Of a stretch of 64,000 bases of DNA, positions 22,681 through 35,213 are shown one piece after another. Numbering within the stretch: position 1 is the stretch's first letter; each line of letters starts with the position of its first letter. The translations under genes and the position numbers were made by a program. Origin of the DNA: Squalus acanthias (taxonomy: Eukaryota); the NCBI GenBank assembly GCA_030390025.1, contig CM059432.1:129768001-129832000 (forward strand), in the 5' to 3' direction. The notes under the pieces are model-generated. The model worked only from the letters and a program-made list of their open reading frames with translations. It had not been told where the DNA came from and searched no databases.

Positions 22681-25402
22681 CGCCCGCGCCACGGATGACT
22701 ACTCAGCACTCCTGGCCGAATTCCCGGCCCTTACCAATCCGACCTTCTCCGCGGAGGCCGCCAAACATGGGGTGGAACACTTCATCCCCACCACAGGCCC
22801 CCCAGTGTACGCCCACGCCCGCAGGCTGGACCCGGCCAAACTGGAGATCGCGCGGACCGAGTTTGCCACCATGGAACAGCTCGGCATCATCCGCCGCTCC
22901 AACAGTCCCTGGGCCTCCCCACTCCACATCGCCCCCAAACCAGGCGGAGGTTGGCACCCCTGCGGGGATTACCGCCGCCTCAATGACGCCACCACCCCTG
23001 ATCGGTACCCCGTGCCGCACATTCAGGACTTCTCGGCTAGACTGGCCGGCCGCTCAGTCTTTTCCAAGGTCGACCTGGTGCGCGGCTACCACCAAGTCCC
23101 CGTCCACCCCGCGGACGTCCCCAAGACGGCCGTAATCACCCCCTTCGGCCTGTTCGAGTTCCTGCGGATGCCCTTCGGCCTCAAAAACGCGGCCCAGGCA
23201 TTCCAACGGCTCATGGATTCGGTCCTTCAGGACCTGAAGTTCCTGTTCGTCTACCTGGACGACATCCTGGTAGCCAGTTCCTCCAAGCAGGAACACCTCG
23301 AACACCTTCGCATCCTGTTCGGGCGCCTCAGCGACCACGGGCTCATCCTCAGCCCAGCCAAATGCCAGTTCGGCCTGGACAAGATCGACTTCCTCGGCCA
23401 CCACATCACCCATGCTGGGGCCATTCCCCTGCCCACCAAGGTGCAGGCCGTCCAACAATTTCCCCGCCCCACCACCATCAAAGGCCTCCAGGAGTTCCTC
23501 GGGATGGTGAATTTCTATAACCGCTTCATCCCCAAAGCGGCATCCCTCATGAGGCCCCTGTATGAAGCCCTCCGGGGCAGGAGCGGCAAGATGGCGGTCG
23601 AATGGACGGCAGACGCGTCCGCTGCCTTCGATTCCACCAAGACCGCGCTCGCCAACGCCACCCTGCTCGCGCACCCACGGCCCAATGCCAGGGTAGCGCT
23701 CACCACGGACGCCTCCGACCACGCGGTCGGCGCCGTGTATGAGCAGTGGGTCGACGGCGCCTGGCAACCACTTGCCTTCTTCAGCCGCCAACTACGCCCC
23801 CCGGAGGTCAAGTACAGCACCTTCGACCGCGAGCTCCTCGCGCTGTTCCTGGCGGTCCGCCATTTCCGGTTTTTGTTTGAGGGCCACCCCTTCACTGCGT
23901 TTGTCGACCACAAGCCCCTGACATTCGCAATGGCAAAGACAACCGACCCCTGGTCCGCCAGGCAGCAGCGCCAGCTCGCGGCAGTGTCCGAGTTCACCAC
24001 GGACATCCAACACGTCTCCGGCCGAGACAATGTGGTAGCCAACTGCCTCTCCCGCCCCGCCATCCATGCCGCACACCTAGCAGTCGACTACGCTCAACTC
24101 GCAGCAGACCAGATCACCGACCCTGATCTGCTCTCCGCACCCACCAACCTACCAGGGCTACGCCTGGCCGACGTCGCCTGTGGCCCGACCGCAGTCACGG
24201 TCAAGTGCGACATATCCCTATGTCAACCTCGGCCCGTCGTCCCAGTGTCCTGGCGCCGCCGGGTATTCGACATTCTCCACAACCTCTCCCACCCCGGCGC
24301 CCGTGCATCCATCAAATTGGTAGCCAACCGCTTCGTCTGGCGCGGCCTTCGCAAGGATGTGCATACTTGGGCCAACTCCTGCCTAGCCTGCCAACGGGCC
24401 AAGGTACAGCAACACACGAAAGCACCCCTCGAGGAGTTTACCGTCCCCTCGCGGAGATTCGACCACATCCACGTGGACATCGTCGGGCCCCTGCCGCCGC
24501 CGCAAGGCCACACGCACTTGCTGACCATCGTTGACCGCACCACACGCTGGCCTGAGGCAATTCCACTGACCTCTACCACCACCGCCGACATCGCTAGAGC
24601 CTTCGTCAGCACCTGGGTCGCACGGTTCGGCGTCCCCTCCGACATGACGTCGGACAGAGGTCCGCAATTTACCTCTGAACTCTGGACCGCCGTTGCACAC
24701 AATCTCGGGGTTACCATTCACCACACCACAGCGTACCACCCCCATGCCAACGGACTGTGTGAGCGGTTCCACAGATCCTTGAAGGCATCTCTTCGAGCCA
24801 GCCTCCAAGACAGCGCCTGGACCGACCGACTTCCATGGGTCCTCCTCGGCCTGCGCACCGCGGTTAAAGAAGACCTCCACGCATCGGCAGCAGAGCTCGT
24901 GTATGGTCAGCCACTGCGCGTACCCGGCGAGTTCCTGCCCACCGCCACGACACCCTGGTCAGCCGACCAGCAACTCCACGACTTCGCCTCACCGGCGCTG
25001 CAGTTCGCCCCGGTGCCCATTGCCCGACACGGCGAATCCACCTCACACGTCCCACTAAGCCTGCACCAGGCACGGTTTGTTTTCGTCCGGCACGACGCCC
25101 ACCGCGGACCCCTTCAACCCCCGTACGACGGGCCCTACAAGGTGCTACAGGCTGGGGACAAATTTTTCACCCTGCAAGTGGGCGACAGGACCGAAAAAGT
25201 GTCGGTTGACCGACTCAAGCCAGCACACTCGGAGCCCGGTGAGCAGGTCCCTGTAGCTCGTCCACCTCCACGCGGCCGACCTGCCCTCAAGCCGGTTCAC
25301 CCGGCTGCTCTACATCCGGCCGTTCCACGTCCACCGGCGTCCTACAAGAGCCGCTCCGGCCGGCCCATCAGACCGCCGCACCGTCTCGTCCACACCTCCT
25401 AA
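22680..25402 (+). CDS. pol: pol: RT, RNase H and integrase, uninterrupted reading frame (part of ORF 22508..25402)
   Basis: GDYRRLN, RMPFGLKNA, YLDD, TDASD, HHCC (HNLSH...CLAC), D-D-E (VDIVGP, SDRGPQF, CERFH) and GPY motifs. Confidence 0.92.
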
Positions 25403-25422
25403 GCGGATTCTGGGGGGAGCTG

Positions 25423-25659
25423 TGTGGCGGATCGCCACCTAAAACGGGCATAATCCACTCTTCCATCTGTGGACAAATTTCCAGCACCTTCCCTTTAAGG
25501 CACCTTACCTTTAAGGAGAAGGGGGCGGGGCCTCAGGTTTTACCCAGGGAATTCTGGGAGCTTTGCAGTCTGCCATTTTTTACCATGCTGCGATTAAAAA
25601 GTCTCTTGTTTAACACAAATGGATTCAGCCTTAATTTGTGTTTCGTGGCAGCCTCAACA
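25423..25659 (+). repeat. 3' LTR, preceded by polypurine tract GGGGGGAG (25412-25419)
   Basis: Matches the 5' LTR. Confidence 0.95.
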
Positions 25660-26319
25660 ACAGCACCAAAAGTCCGTGGAGGCGCGACCTCAGTGGTTAA
25701 ACCAGAATCGCACCCAATGTGGAACTCACTTTTGGCCCCCCCACCTCCGAAGACCCTAGAAGTTCGGGAGAAAGCTGGCCGGCTAAGGTCCCTCCCCTAG
25801 ACAGCGCGGAATAATTGCCCCACACCAGTCTTCCAGCTGTTGGTATTAATCTTGTTGGCATGGACACTAAAATTAAAATGCATAAAATTGCCCCAAATTC
25901 CCTCACATAAAAATATCCCCCTGCATAATTTTCCTAATTTGCAGTACTCTCAGTGACATCAAAAGAATGTGAGACAAACAATATACTTCCCCAGCTTCTA
26001 TCAGTTTGCGTGCACAGTAATGTTCCCATTGTTTTATCATGGGAGAAAACATAGTACTCTACTCACATGAATCCCACACCATACCTTCCTTCCTCCCATG
26101 GCCAATTTCCCAACAGGCAAGATAGTCTGTTGTTTTTAATGACACACCCTGCTAACTTTCACAGAGCTTCCTTGCCTTTAATGTTAAAATGTAAACAGGA
26201 TGTGTCCGTTAAACCCTGGTGCGACATGACACATTTCTGCAGCCTCGGAAAGAAAGCCAGCCATTCATCACAAAATGATTGAGCAAGGCGATAATCTGAT
26301 TAACTTTCATTACTGGTGG

Positions 26320-26772
26320 TACTGACCCACACTGGGACACAGTTCTATGGGTGCTGACTCACACTGGGACACAGTTCTATGGGTGCTGACTCACACTGGG
26401 ACACAGTTCTATGGGTGCTGCCTCACACTGGGACACAGTTCTATGGGTGCTGCCTCACACTGGGACACAGTTCTATGGGTGCTGACTCACACTGGGACAC
26501 AGTTCTATGGGTGCTGACTCACACTGCGACACAGTTCTATGGGTGCTGACTCACACTGGGACACAGTTCTATGGGTGCTGACTCACACTGGGACACAGTT
26601 CTATGGGTGCTGACTCACACTGGGACACGGTTCTATGGGTACTGACTCACACTGGGACACGGTTCTATGGGTGCTGACTCACACTGGGACACAGTTCTAT
26701 GGGTGCTGACTCACACTGGGACACGGTTCTATGGGTGCTGACTCACACTGGGACACAGTTCTACGGGTGCTG
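26320..26772. repeat. 32-bp minisatellite (GGGTGCTGACTCACACTGGGACACAGTTCTAT)n, ~14 units
   Basis: Directly visible tandem units. Confidence 0.95.
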
Positions 26773-27104
26773 GAAGCCCTCTGCTATCTCACCTACATGC
26801 CATTCTTCAAGAGGAAGCCTTTGCAGTGATTCTTTTGGGGGCACAGTTAATCCTGATCCCATCCTCACTTGATATTCACATGCACACACTTTCCAGGAGA
26901 GATCCCTGACAGTAATCAGGATCAAGGGATCCTGGCTGATGCTTTTACTCCTCCATTGGGCAATGGTCTATAATACAATGAGATTACAGGCCAATCAGAA
27001 GGACATCTTCATAAAACCAATCATTATTCATGAGTGACTAACCTCAACTTGACTATTAAACAATTACAATGTGGAAATGGCATCACGTGACCATGATAGA
27101 AAAA

Positions 27105-28412
27105 AACGTAACTATCAGGAAAGACTGAACAGGCTGGGGCTCTGTTCTCTAGAAAAGAGAAAGCAAAGGAGTGACCTAATAGAGGTCTTTAAAATTATTA
27201 AGGGATTTGACAGGGTAGATGTAGAGAAGACGTTTCTACTTGTGGGGGAGTCCAAAGCTAGGGACCATAACTATAAGATAGTCACTAATAAATAAAGAAC
27301 TTGGGAGAAACTTCTTTACTCAGAGAGTAGTTAGGCTCCTCAGATAATGAAGCAGTCTATGCCCACATGCAACAAGACGTGGATGGCGTTCAGGCTTGGG
27401 CTGATAAGTGGCAGGTAACATTAGCGTCACAGAAGTGCGAGGCAATGACTATCTCCAACAAGCGAGAGTCTAACTACCTCTCCTTGACATTCAACGGCAT
27501 TACCATCGCCGAATCCCCCACCATCAACATCCTGGGGATCACCATTGACCAGAAACTTAACTGGACCAGCCACATAAATACTGTGCAAACAAGAGCAGGT
27601 CAGAGGCTAGGTATTCTGCGGCGGGTGTCTCACCTCCTGACTCCCCAAAGCCTTTCCAACATCTACAGGGCACAAGTAAGGAGTGTGATGGAATACTCTC
27701 CACTTGCCTGGATGAGTGCAGCTCCAACAACACTCCAGAAGCTCGACACCATCCAGGACAAAGCAGCCCGCTTGATTGGCACCCCATCCACCACCTTAAA
27801 CATTCACTCCCTCCATCACCGGCGTACCGTGGCTGCAGTGTGTACCATCTACAAGATGCACTGCAGCAACTCGCCAAGGCTTCTTCGGCAGTACCTCCCA
27901 AACCCGCGACCTCTACCACCTAGAAGGACAAGGGCAGCAGGTGCATGGGAACACCACCACCTCCAAGTTCCCCTCCAAGTCACACACCAACCTGACTTAG
28001 AAGTATATCGCTGATCCTTTATCGTCGCTGGGTCAAAATCCTGGAACTCCCTCCCTAACAGCACTGTGGGAGTACCATCACCACACGGACTGCAGCGGTT
28101 CAAGAAGGCGGCTCACCACCACCTTCTCAAGGGCAGTTAAGGATGGGCAATAAATGCTGGCCTTGCCAACGACGCCCACATCCCATAAACGAATTAAAAA
28201 AAAGAATGTGGAACTCGCTACCACAGAGAGTAGTTGAGGTGAATAGCATAGATCCCTTTAAGGGGAAACTAGATAAACATATGAGGGAGAAAGGAATAGA
28301 AGGATATGCAGATAGGGTTAGATGAAGTAGGGTGGGAACAGGCTCATGTGGAGAACAAACACCAGCATAGACCAGTTGGGCTGAATGTTTCTGTGCTGTA
28401 AATTCTATGTAA
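27105..28412 (+). mobile_element. Classical CR1 3' fragment (27105-27334 and 28204-28412) interrupted by a Zenon-like LINE
   Basis: YQERLNRLGL..LEKR..RSDLIEVFKI in the left piece; resumes as MWNSLPQRVVE and ends in a TTCTATG-type tail. Confidence 0.8.
27336..28203 (+). mobile_element. 5'-truncated Zenon-like LINE
   Basis: ORF 27367..28014 matches the family C-terminus; family tail plus poly(A). Confidence 0.9.
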
Positions 28413-28523
28413 TGTAATTCTACATAAGTTAAAAAAATTTAAGCAAGTGAATCATGGACAAGAAAACTATCAGCTAATAACAAAAACGAATAATGGTAAT
28501 TAAAGTTTTTTTGAGTAAATACT

Positions 28524-28942
28524 ACATAGAAACATAGAATCTAGGAGCAGGAGTAGGCCATTCGGCCCGTCGAGCCTGCTCCGCCATTCAATACGATCAT
28601 GGCTGATCATCCAAATCCAGTACCCTGTCCCTGCTTTAATCCCCACAGTTCACATATCCCACCCTACCCCCGTAACCCCACTTATTTAATTCCCCCTATC
28701 ATATCCCATCCTATCCCCATAACCCCACATATTTAATCCCCCCTAACACTAAGGGTCAATTTATCATAGCCAAATCAACACATTTTTTTTGGACTGTGGG
28801 AGGAAACCGGAGCACCCGGAGGAAACCCACGCAGACACGGGGAGAATGTGCAAACTCCACACAGACAGTCACCCGAGGTCAGATTCGAACCCGGGTCTCT
28901 GGCGCTGTGAGGCACCAGTGCTAACCACTATGCCACCGTGTT
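28524..28942 (-). mobile_element. HE1-like V-SINE with CR1-derived 3' tail
   Basis: Minus-strand tRNA head CACGGTGGCATAGTGGTTAGCACTGGTGCCTCACAGCGCC...GGTTCGAATC, V-domain GTTTCCTCCGGGTGCTCCGGTTTCCTCCCACAGTCC, and a tail matching the CR1 end at 34870-34955. Confidence 0.85.
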
Positions 28943-30133
28943 GCATACTAAATGTAACCGAGTAAATACTAAATGACACTTTCTTCTTTATATAAAATTA
29001 CCTCATTGAGTGAGCTTCAAAATAATTTTGTTTTATGACAAGCTTCAAAATAAACCAAAAAAAAAATCCCGTTCCCAAACAGCAACTACTGCAGGAACAG
29101 TGTGCTGTAAATACTCAGACTGGGCCTGGCCCTCTGCCTCCGGGGCATCTGAGGGAGTGTGCACATTTTTTTCCCAAATATAAAATCCTCTCACCTGCCT
29201 CGGCACTACAATGTTCAAATAGCCCAAAGGGTCCATGTGACATCTCCTTTGGTCTCAGGGAGAGCGCTACTGAAGAGCGCTGACTCTAAATCTCCCTTTG
29301 TAACAGGGTAAAGGCAGTAAAAATTAAAACGTAATAAACTTTTACTTTCAGCCGAACCAGCAACTTTTTTTTTGCTTCCCTTCCCAATTTCTACTAAAAT
29401 GGACAAGTATCGTAACACAGGGCAAATAATGGCTCCCACGTTCTTGCTAAATACCTGGGTTTGTCTGATTTAATCTGTTTAGAAGTCATTTATTGCCTCA
29501 TACACCCCTGACAGGCAGAAGTTATCACGTCATTATCATACAATGAACTGATTCTGTCACTTTCACCTGCCTTCATGACTGTCAAAACTCCAGTGGTAGC
29601 ACCCGTGAATAATCACTTGGTTAAACAGAGCGATTAGTTCCTTTTCCAAGCGATTGCTTATGGGTTCAGTTGAAGGGCACCCTCACTAGAAAGGCTTACA
29701 TTGATTGGCCCACTGGTCAGAGTGGAAAGAACGTGGACAAATAATGTGGCGTTACAATTGGGTAACAGGCCCCGGTGGTCTATTTATAATCATACAAGGA
29801 GCACACTGTTGATGTTCTGTGCTCGGAAAGTTTCGAAGTACAATAGATCTCCTATTTCGCCATATTCATTTTAAACAACCTGTTTAACCCCTTTTCTTCA
29901 ATCATCAGCAGTGAACACGTCATCGTTGTCAGTTCACGAAAGTGTATGCTGGTTTTTATATCCGTAAGCTTGGCTAAACAAACAACCTTATGGTTACGGC
30001 CAGCTTGTAAATGGAAGTAACAATCATGATATGCCAGCGACTGTGAATGATTCCAATTATGTAGCCTTGTATTTATTGGACCATTATTGAGCTCTTCTTA
30101 CTATTATCATGTCGTTTCTAACTTCATCATATC

Positions 30134-30520
30134 GGGGAGCAATTTTCAGCTGCTAGCTGCCTGTTTCTTGCCCGAAAAATGGGCAGCCAGCTGTTGAAAA
30201 TCGGGGTGATGGGGGGGGAAAGGTCACCTTGGCCAACCCGTTGATGCCCAAGGTCCTCCTGATGCAATTTTCAGGCGAGCCTGTCAATAGGCGTGCAGCA
30301 CACCCATCTCTTTCGATCGTGAGGCTACTTAAATATGCAAATCAGGGTCCTACACCATTTTTGGGATGCCATTTGCAATTTTCAGATACAAATAGAAGGA
30401 CTGTTTGCCGCAAGGAGTGAGTGGCCTCACCATTGATCCTTAAAGAAGCCACTCACAAGAAGGCCCAGTAATTGTTTTGGGGAGAATTCTTATGGGGCCA
30501 GGAGAAGCAGGAGTGCTGGA
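30134..30520. mobile_element. Diverged Harbinger-type element fragment
   Basis: Starts GGGGAGCAATTTTC, resembling the other TIRs; GC-rich body; right end not resolved. Confidence 0.4.
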
Positions 30521-30584
30521 GGTCTCGATATGACACTGAATAGGATCACCTAATCGGCACTTTTGGCTGAAAACACTTGAAAAC

Positions 30585-31490
30585 TCTTCAGTCTTGTCTC
30601 TTCCACTAACATGCGGGGCCCCACCATGGTTGAGAATGGGGATGTTCTTTGCGATATCCCCTCCTGTTAGTTGCCTGGTTATCCATTACCAATCTCAACT
30701 GGATGTGGCAGAGTGACAGAGGTTTGCTCTGATCAGTTGTTTGTGGTAACATTTAGTTCTGTCAATAGTCTCTTGATTTTTGTGTTAAGTACCTGAGTAG
30801 ACCTGTGTGGTAGCTTCACTGGGTTGGTACCTCATTCTAAGGTATGCCTGGTGCTGCTCCTGGCATGCCCTTCTGCACTCCATGTTGAACCAGGATTGGT
30901 CTCCTGGCTTGATAGTAATCAAGGAGTGGTGGATAAGCCAGGCCATGAGGTTACAAATTATGGTGGTATACAATTCTGCTGCTACTGTTGGGCCACAGTG
31001 CCTCATAGATGCCCAGCTTCTGGCTGAAAGATCTGTCTTTACTCTGTTCCACTTAACACTGAGAAAGTGTCACACTCCATGATGGATGATATCTTCACAG
31101 TGGAGACGAGAGTTTGTCTCACAAAGACTGTGCGGTGATCACTCCTACCACAGTTAGCATGGACAGGTATGTCTGTAACAAGTAGGGTGGTGAGGACAAG
31201 CTCAAGAAGGTTACTTCCTCATGTTGGATCCCTCAACATCTGAGCAGACCCAGTCTGATAGCTATGTCCTTCAGGACTCAACCAACTCGGTCAGTGGTGG
31301 TGCTCATGAGCCACTCTTGTTGGTGGACATTGAAGTCCCCCATCCAGAGTGCATTCTGTACCCATGCTTCACTCAGGGCTTCCTCCAAGTAATGTTCAAC
31401 ATGGAAGAATGCAGGTTTGTCAGTTGAGGGGGAGCAGTAGGTGGTGATCAGCAGGAGGTGTCTTTGGCCTTGTTTAAACTGAAGGCATGA
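30585..31490 (-). mobile_element. Old Zenon-like LINE fragment (EN/linker region)
   Basis: IKPGDQSWFNMECRRACQEQHQAYL; homologous in reverse to 5010-5800. Confidence 0.8.
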
Positions 31491-32184
31491 GCTGGTGATG
31501 GAAATGGCATCCTTTGCTGTTCAATCGCATTGTTGCATTTAACAGTATTGAAGTATATTCAGTTTTGTTTGCGCTCTATTGAGTAAAACAGCAGTTGTCA
31601 AAAGTTCGGCTCTACTTATCTCGGGTTTTAAGAGTCTAAGACAGTGCGCCAAAGCCAATCTTTATCACAGGTGTGCCTAGGTAATATATGTGCTTTAATC
31701 CTAGTTTTACAAAGAGCCAACCAAACTCCCCCGATGGCTCACAGGTAAAGGATTAGATTTTCCTTCACTATCCCACCCCAAATTGGGTGGGACAGCGGTA
31801 GAAATGGCTGGAAAATGGGTGAGTGTGGCCTACCTCAATCTCCTGACCTTGATTACGTCCCTCTTCCCCTGCCAGGACCGCTGCTGGCCACCCCTTCCCC
31901 ACCCACTGCAAGTAAATGTTGATTGAAAGGGGCAGGGCCCAGCCTCCCATTCTATTTGTCCCCCTATCTCCCTCCCCCCACGACCCTCCCCACCCCTCCA
32001 CCACTGTCACTCTTCAGTCCACCTGATGGAAGATGGTGGTCGGCCCAGGTTAGCTGTGGTAATGGTTCCAATATGCAGGAATAGAGGGAGAGGGCCTGGT
32101 AGAACGCAGTTCTCCTTCTAATCTTTCCCCAATGCACTTAACTCCATAGACCTTGGTCTTTGCTAAGGCCTACAAAGTTGAAGC

Positions 32185-34955
32185 TCCTGCAGTCAAATTG
32201 AAAACGAAGGCATACAATGTTGCCAAGATTGACGGGAGGCCAGAGGATTGGGAAATTTTTAAAACCAGCAAAGGACGACTAAAAAAATAATAAAGAGGGA
32301 GAAGATGAATTATGGGAGTAAACTGGCAAGAAATATTAAAGCAGAAAGTAAGAGCTTCTACAGGTATATAAAAAGGAAGAGAGTAGCTAAAGTAAACGTT
32401 GGTCCCTTAGAGGATGAGAATGGGGTATTAATAATGGGGAACGGGGAAATGGCAGAGACTCTGAACAAATATTTTGTATCTGTCTTCACGGTAGAAGACA
32501 CTAACAACATCCCAATAATGGATAATCAAGGGGCCACAGGGAGGGGGGAACTAAAGACAATCACTATCACTAAGGAAAAAGTACTTGGTAAAATAATGGG
32601 ACTAAAAGACGACAAGTCCCCTGGACCAGATGGCCTGCATCCCAGGGTCTTAAAAGAAGTGGCTGCAGAGATAGTGGATGCATTGGTTGCAATATACCAA
32701 AATTCCCTGGACTCTGGAGAGGTCCCAGCGGGTTGGAAAACCGCAAATGTAACACCCCTATTTAAGAAAGGAGGGAGACAGAAAGCAGGAAACTATAGAC
32801 CAGACAGCCTAACATCTGTCGTTGGGAAAATGCTGGAGTCCTTCATTAAGGAAGCAGTAGCAGGGCATTTGGAAAATCATAATGCAGTCAGGCAGAGTCA
32901 GCATGGTTTTAGGAAAGGGAAATCATGGGCCAAAAATTCGGCCCTTCCCGGGTGAGTACGCACTGTGTACTCACCCGTAAGGCGTCCTGAAGGGCCGGTT
33001 TCCTGCATGCACTGCGCATGCGTGGGGAAACCGGAACTTCCGGTCTGGTGAAGGGAGCGGTTCAGAGGTGAACCGCATGCGCGGTAGAGGCTGCGCGCAC
33101 GCAGCAAACTTAGGTTTTTTTCAGGTTTCTACGGGAGGGTAAGTATTGAAGGACCTACGCTTTTAAAAAGGAGGCGCAGGGCCCGTTTTCAACAAGGTAA
33201 GTGGTTAATTAATTATAATTTAAAAATTTTTCAACAGGTTTATCTTTTTTAGATACTTTAAAGAAAGGTAAGTTTATTTTTAGCACTGTTAAAAAGTTTT
33301 TTAATTTTTTCAAAAATTTAAATTTTTGTTTAAAGTAGTTAATTTATTTAACTTATAGTTATTTTATAAATGTGATGGGTTTTTAAAAAATTTATTTTAA
33401 GTTTAGCTGTTCTTTTGGGGCCGATTTCAATTCATAGATTTGACAGGTCTTCCTGTCAAATCTATGAATGAAAGATGGTCTGCTGCCATTGGCTCTCCAT
33501 GGCCCACGTGATCCCAGGGGACGCATCGCACTAACTGCGCCCCTGGGACACGCAAGCACTGCGCGCCGGCACTTGGAGCAGGCCCAGGAGCTGAAGTTCC
33601 CGTAGGCCCAGAGGTCAACGGCAGGCGCGGTAGGTAAGTGCACGCGCGATCCTTACCCCCGCGGCAAGCTGGAGAGGCGAATTTCAGGGCCCATGTTTAA
33701 CAAATTTGCTGGAGTTCTTTGAGGCTGTAACGAGTAGGGTGGATAAGGGTGAACCAGTGGATGTGGTGTATTTGGATTTCAAGAAGGCATTCAATAAGGT
33801 GCCACATAAAAAGTTACTGCATAAAATAAGAGCTTATGGAGTTGGGGGTAATATATTAGCATGAATAGAGAATTGGCTAACTAACAGAAAGCAGAGAGTC
33901 GGGATAAATGGGTCATTTTCCGGTTGGCAAACGGTAACTAGTGGGGTGCCACAGGAATCGGTGCTGGGGCCTCAACTATTTACAATCTACATTAATGACT
34001 TGGATGAAGGGATCGAGTGTAATGTAGCCAAGTTTGCGGATGATACAAATATGGGTGGGAAAGCAAGTTGTGCAGAGGACTCAAAGAATCTGCAAAGGGA
34101 TATAGACAGACTAAGTGAGTGGGCAAACATTTGGCAGATGGAGTATAATGTGAGAAAGTGCGAGGTTATCCACTTTGGCAGGAAAAATAAAAAGCAAATT
34201 ATTATTTAAATGGAGATTTCAAAATGCTACAGTTCAGAGGGACCTGGGGGTCCTTGTGCATGAAACACAAAAAGTTAGCATGCAGGTACAGCATGCTAAA
34301 AAGGCAAATGGAATGTTGGCCTTTATTGCAAGGGGGTTGGAGTATAAAAGCAGGGAAGTCCTGCTACAACTGTACAGGGTATTGGTGAGACCACACCTTG
34401 AGAACTGTGTACAGTTTTGGTCTCCTTATTTAAGGAAGGATATACTTGCATTGGAGGCAATTCAGAGACGATTCACTAGGTTAATTCCAGAGATGAGGGG
34501 GTTGACTTATGAAGAAAGGTTGAGCAGGCTGGGCCTATACTCATTGGAATTTAGAAGAATGAGAGGTGATCTTATTGAAACATATAAGATACTGAGGGGG
34601 CTCGACAAGGTAGATGCAGAGAGGATGTTTCCCCTCGTGGGGAAATCTAGAACTCAGGGGCATAGTTTTAGAATAAAGGGTCGCCCTTTTAGAACTGAGA
34701 TGAGGAGGAATTTCTTCTCTCAGAGGGTTGTAAATCTGTGGAATTCTCTGCCCCAGAGAGCCGTGGAGGCTGGGTCATTAAATACATTTAAGGTGGAGAT
34801 AGACAGATTTTTGCAAGATAAGGGAGTGAAGGGTTATGGGGAGCGGGCGGGGAAGTGGCTTTGAGCCCAAGATCAGCCATGATCTTATTGAATGGCGGAG
34901 CAGGCTCGAGGGGCCAAGTGGCCTATTCCTGCTCCTATTTCTTATGTTCTTATGT
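32185..34955 (+). mobile_element. 5'-truncated classical CR1 LINE interrupted by a MITE
   Basis: KSPGPDGLHPRVLKE, QHGF, PQESVLGP, FADD and RRMRGDLIE motifs; ends TTCTTATGTTCTTATG. Confidence 0.92.
32927..33691. mobile_element. Harbinger-type MITE, TSD CAT
   Basis: Termini GGGCCAAAAATTCG and CGAATTTCAGGGCC. CAT is duplicated, and removal restores the CR1 sequence AAATCATGTTTAAC. Inverted homologue of 49492-50235. Confidence 0.85.
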
Positions 34956-35213
34956 CTTCAGGGCTCTTTGCCACTTTAAGGTCCCTTGCGGCCACTTGTG
35001 GTACTGCAGTGGTGATCCCACTACAGCACTGCCTCAGTTTCCTCCAGCCTTGGTGGGCTCCCTCTTGGTAGTGGGAGTCCCATCAGAAGCCCGCCCTGCA
35101 TGGTCAATGAAGCCCAACCAAGGAAAATGGACTGAGATTGCGACAGGGTTGGAGGAGCAGGTGGAAGTGCTGTTAATCTGCTGTTTGATTGGAAACTCCA
35201 GCCCAAAGTCTCT

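Larger units (their letters stand above)
21315..25659 (+). mobile_element. Full-length Ty3/Gypsy LTR retrotransposon, CsRn1 clade
   Basis: Two 237-bp TG...CA LTRs, 4-bp TSD ACAG (21311-21314, 25660-25663), PBS, PPT, and domain order gag-PR-RT-RH-IN. Confidence 0.95.

Noticed and set aside
23054..24880. Long antisense ORFs within the Gypsy element, or an env gene
   Set aside because: Shadow ORFs of GC-rich pol. Only ~20 bp separate the pol stop from the 3' LTR, so there is no env.
26320..26772. CRISPR array (32-bp repeats)
   Set aside because: Units are head-to-tail with no spacers.
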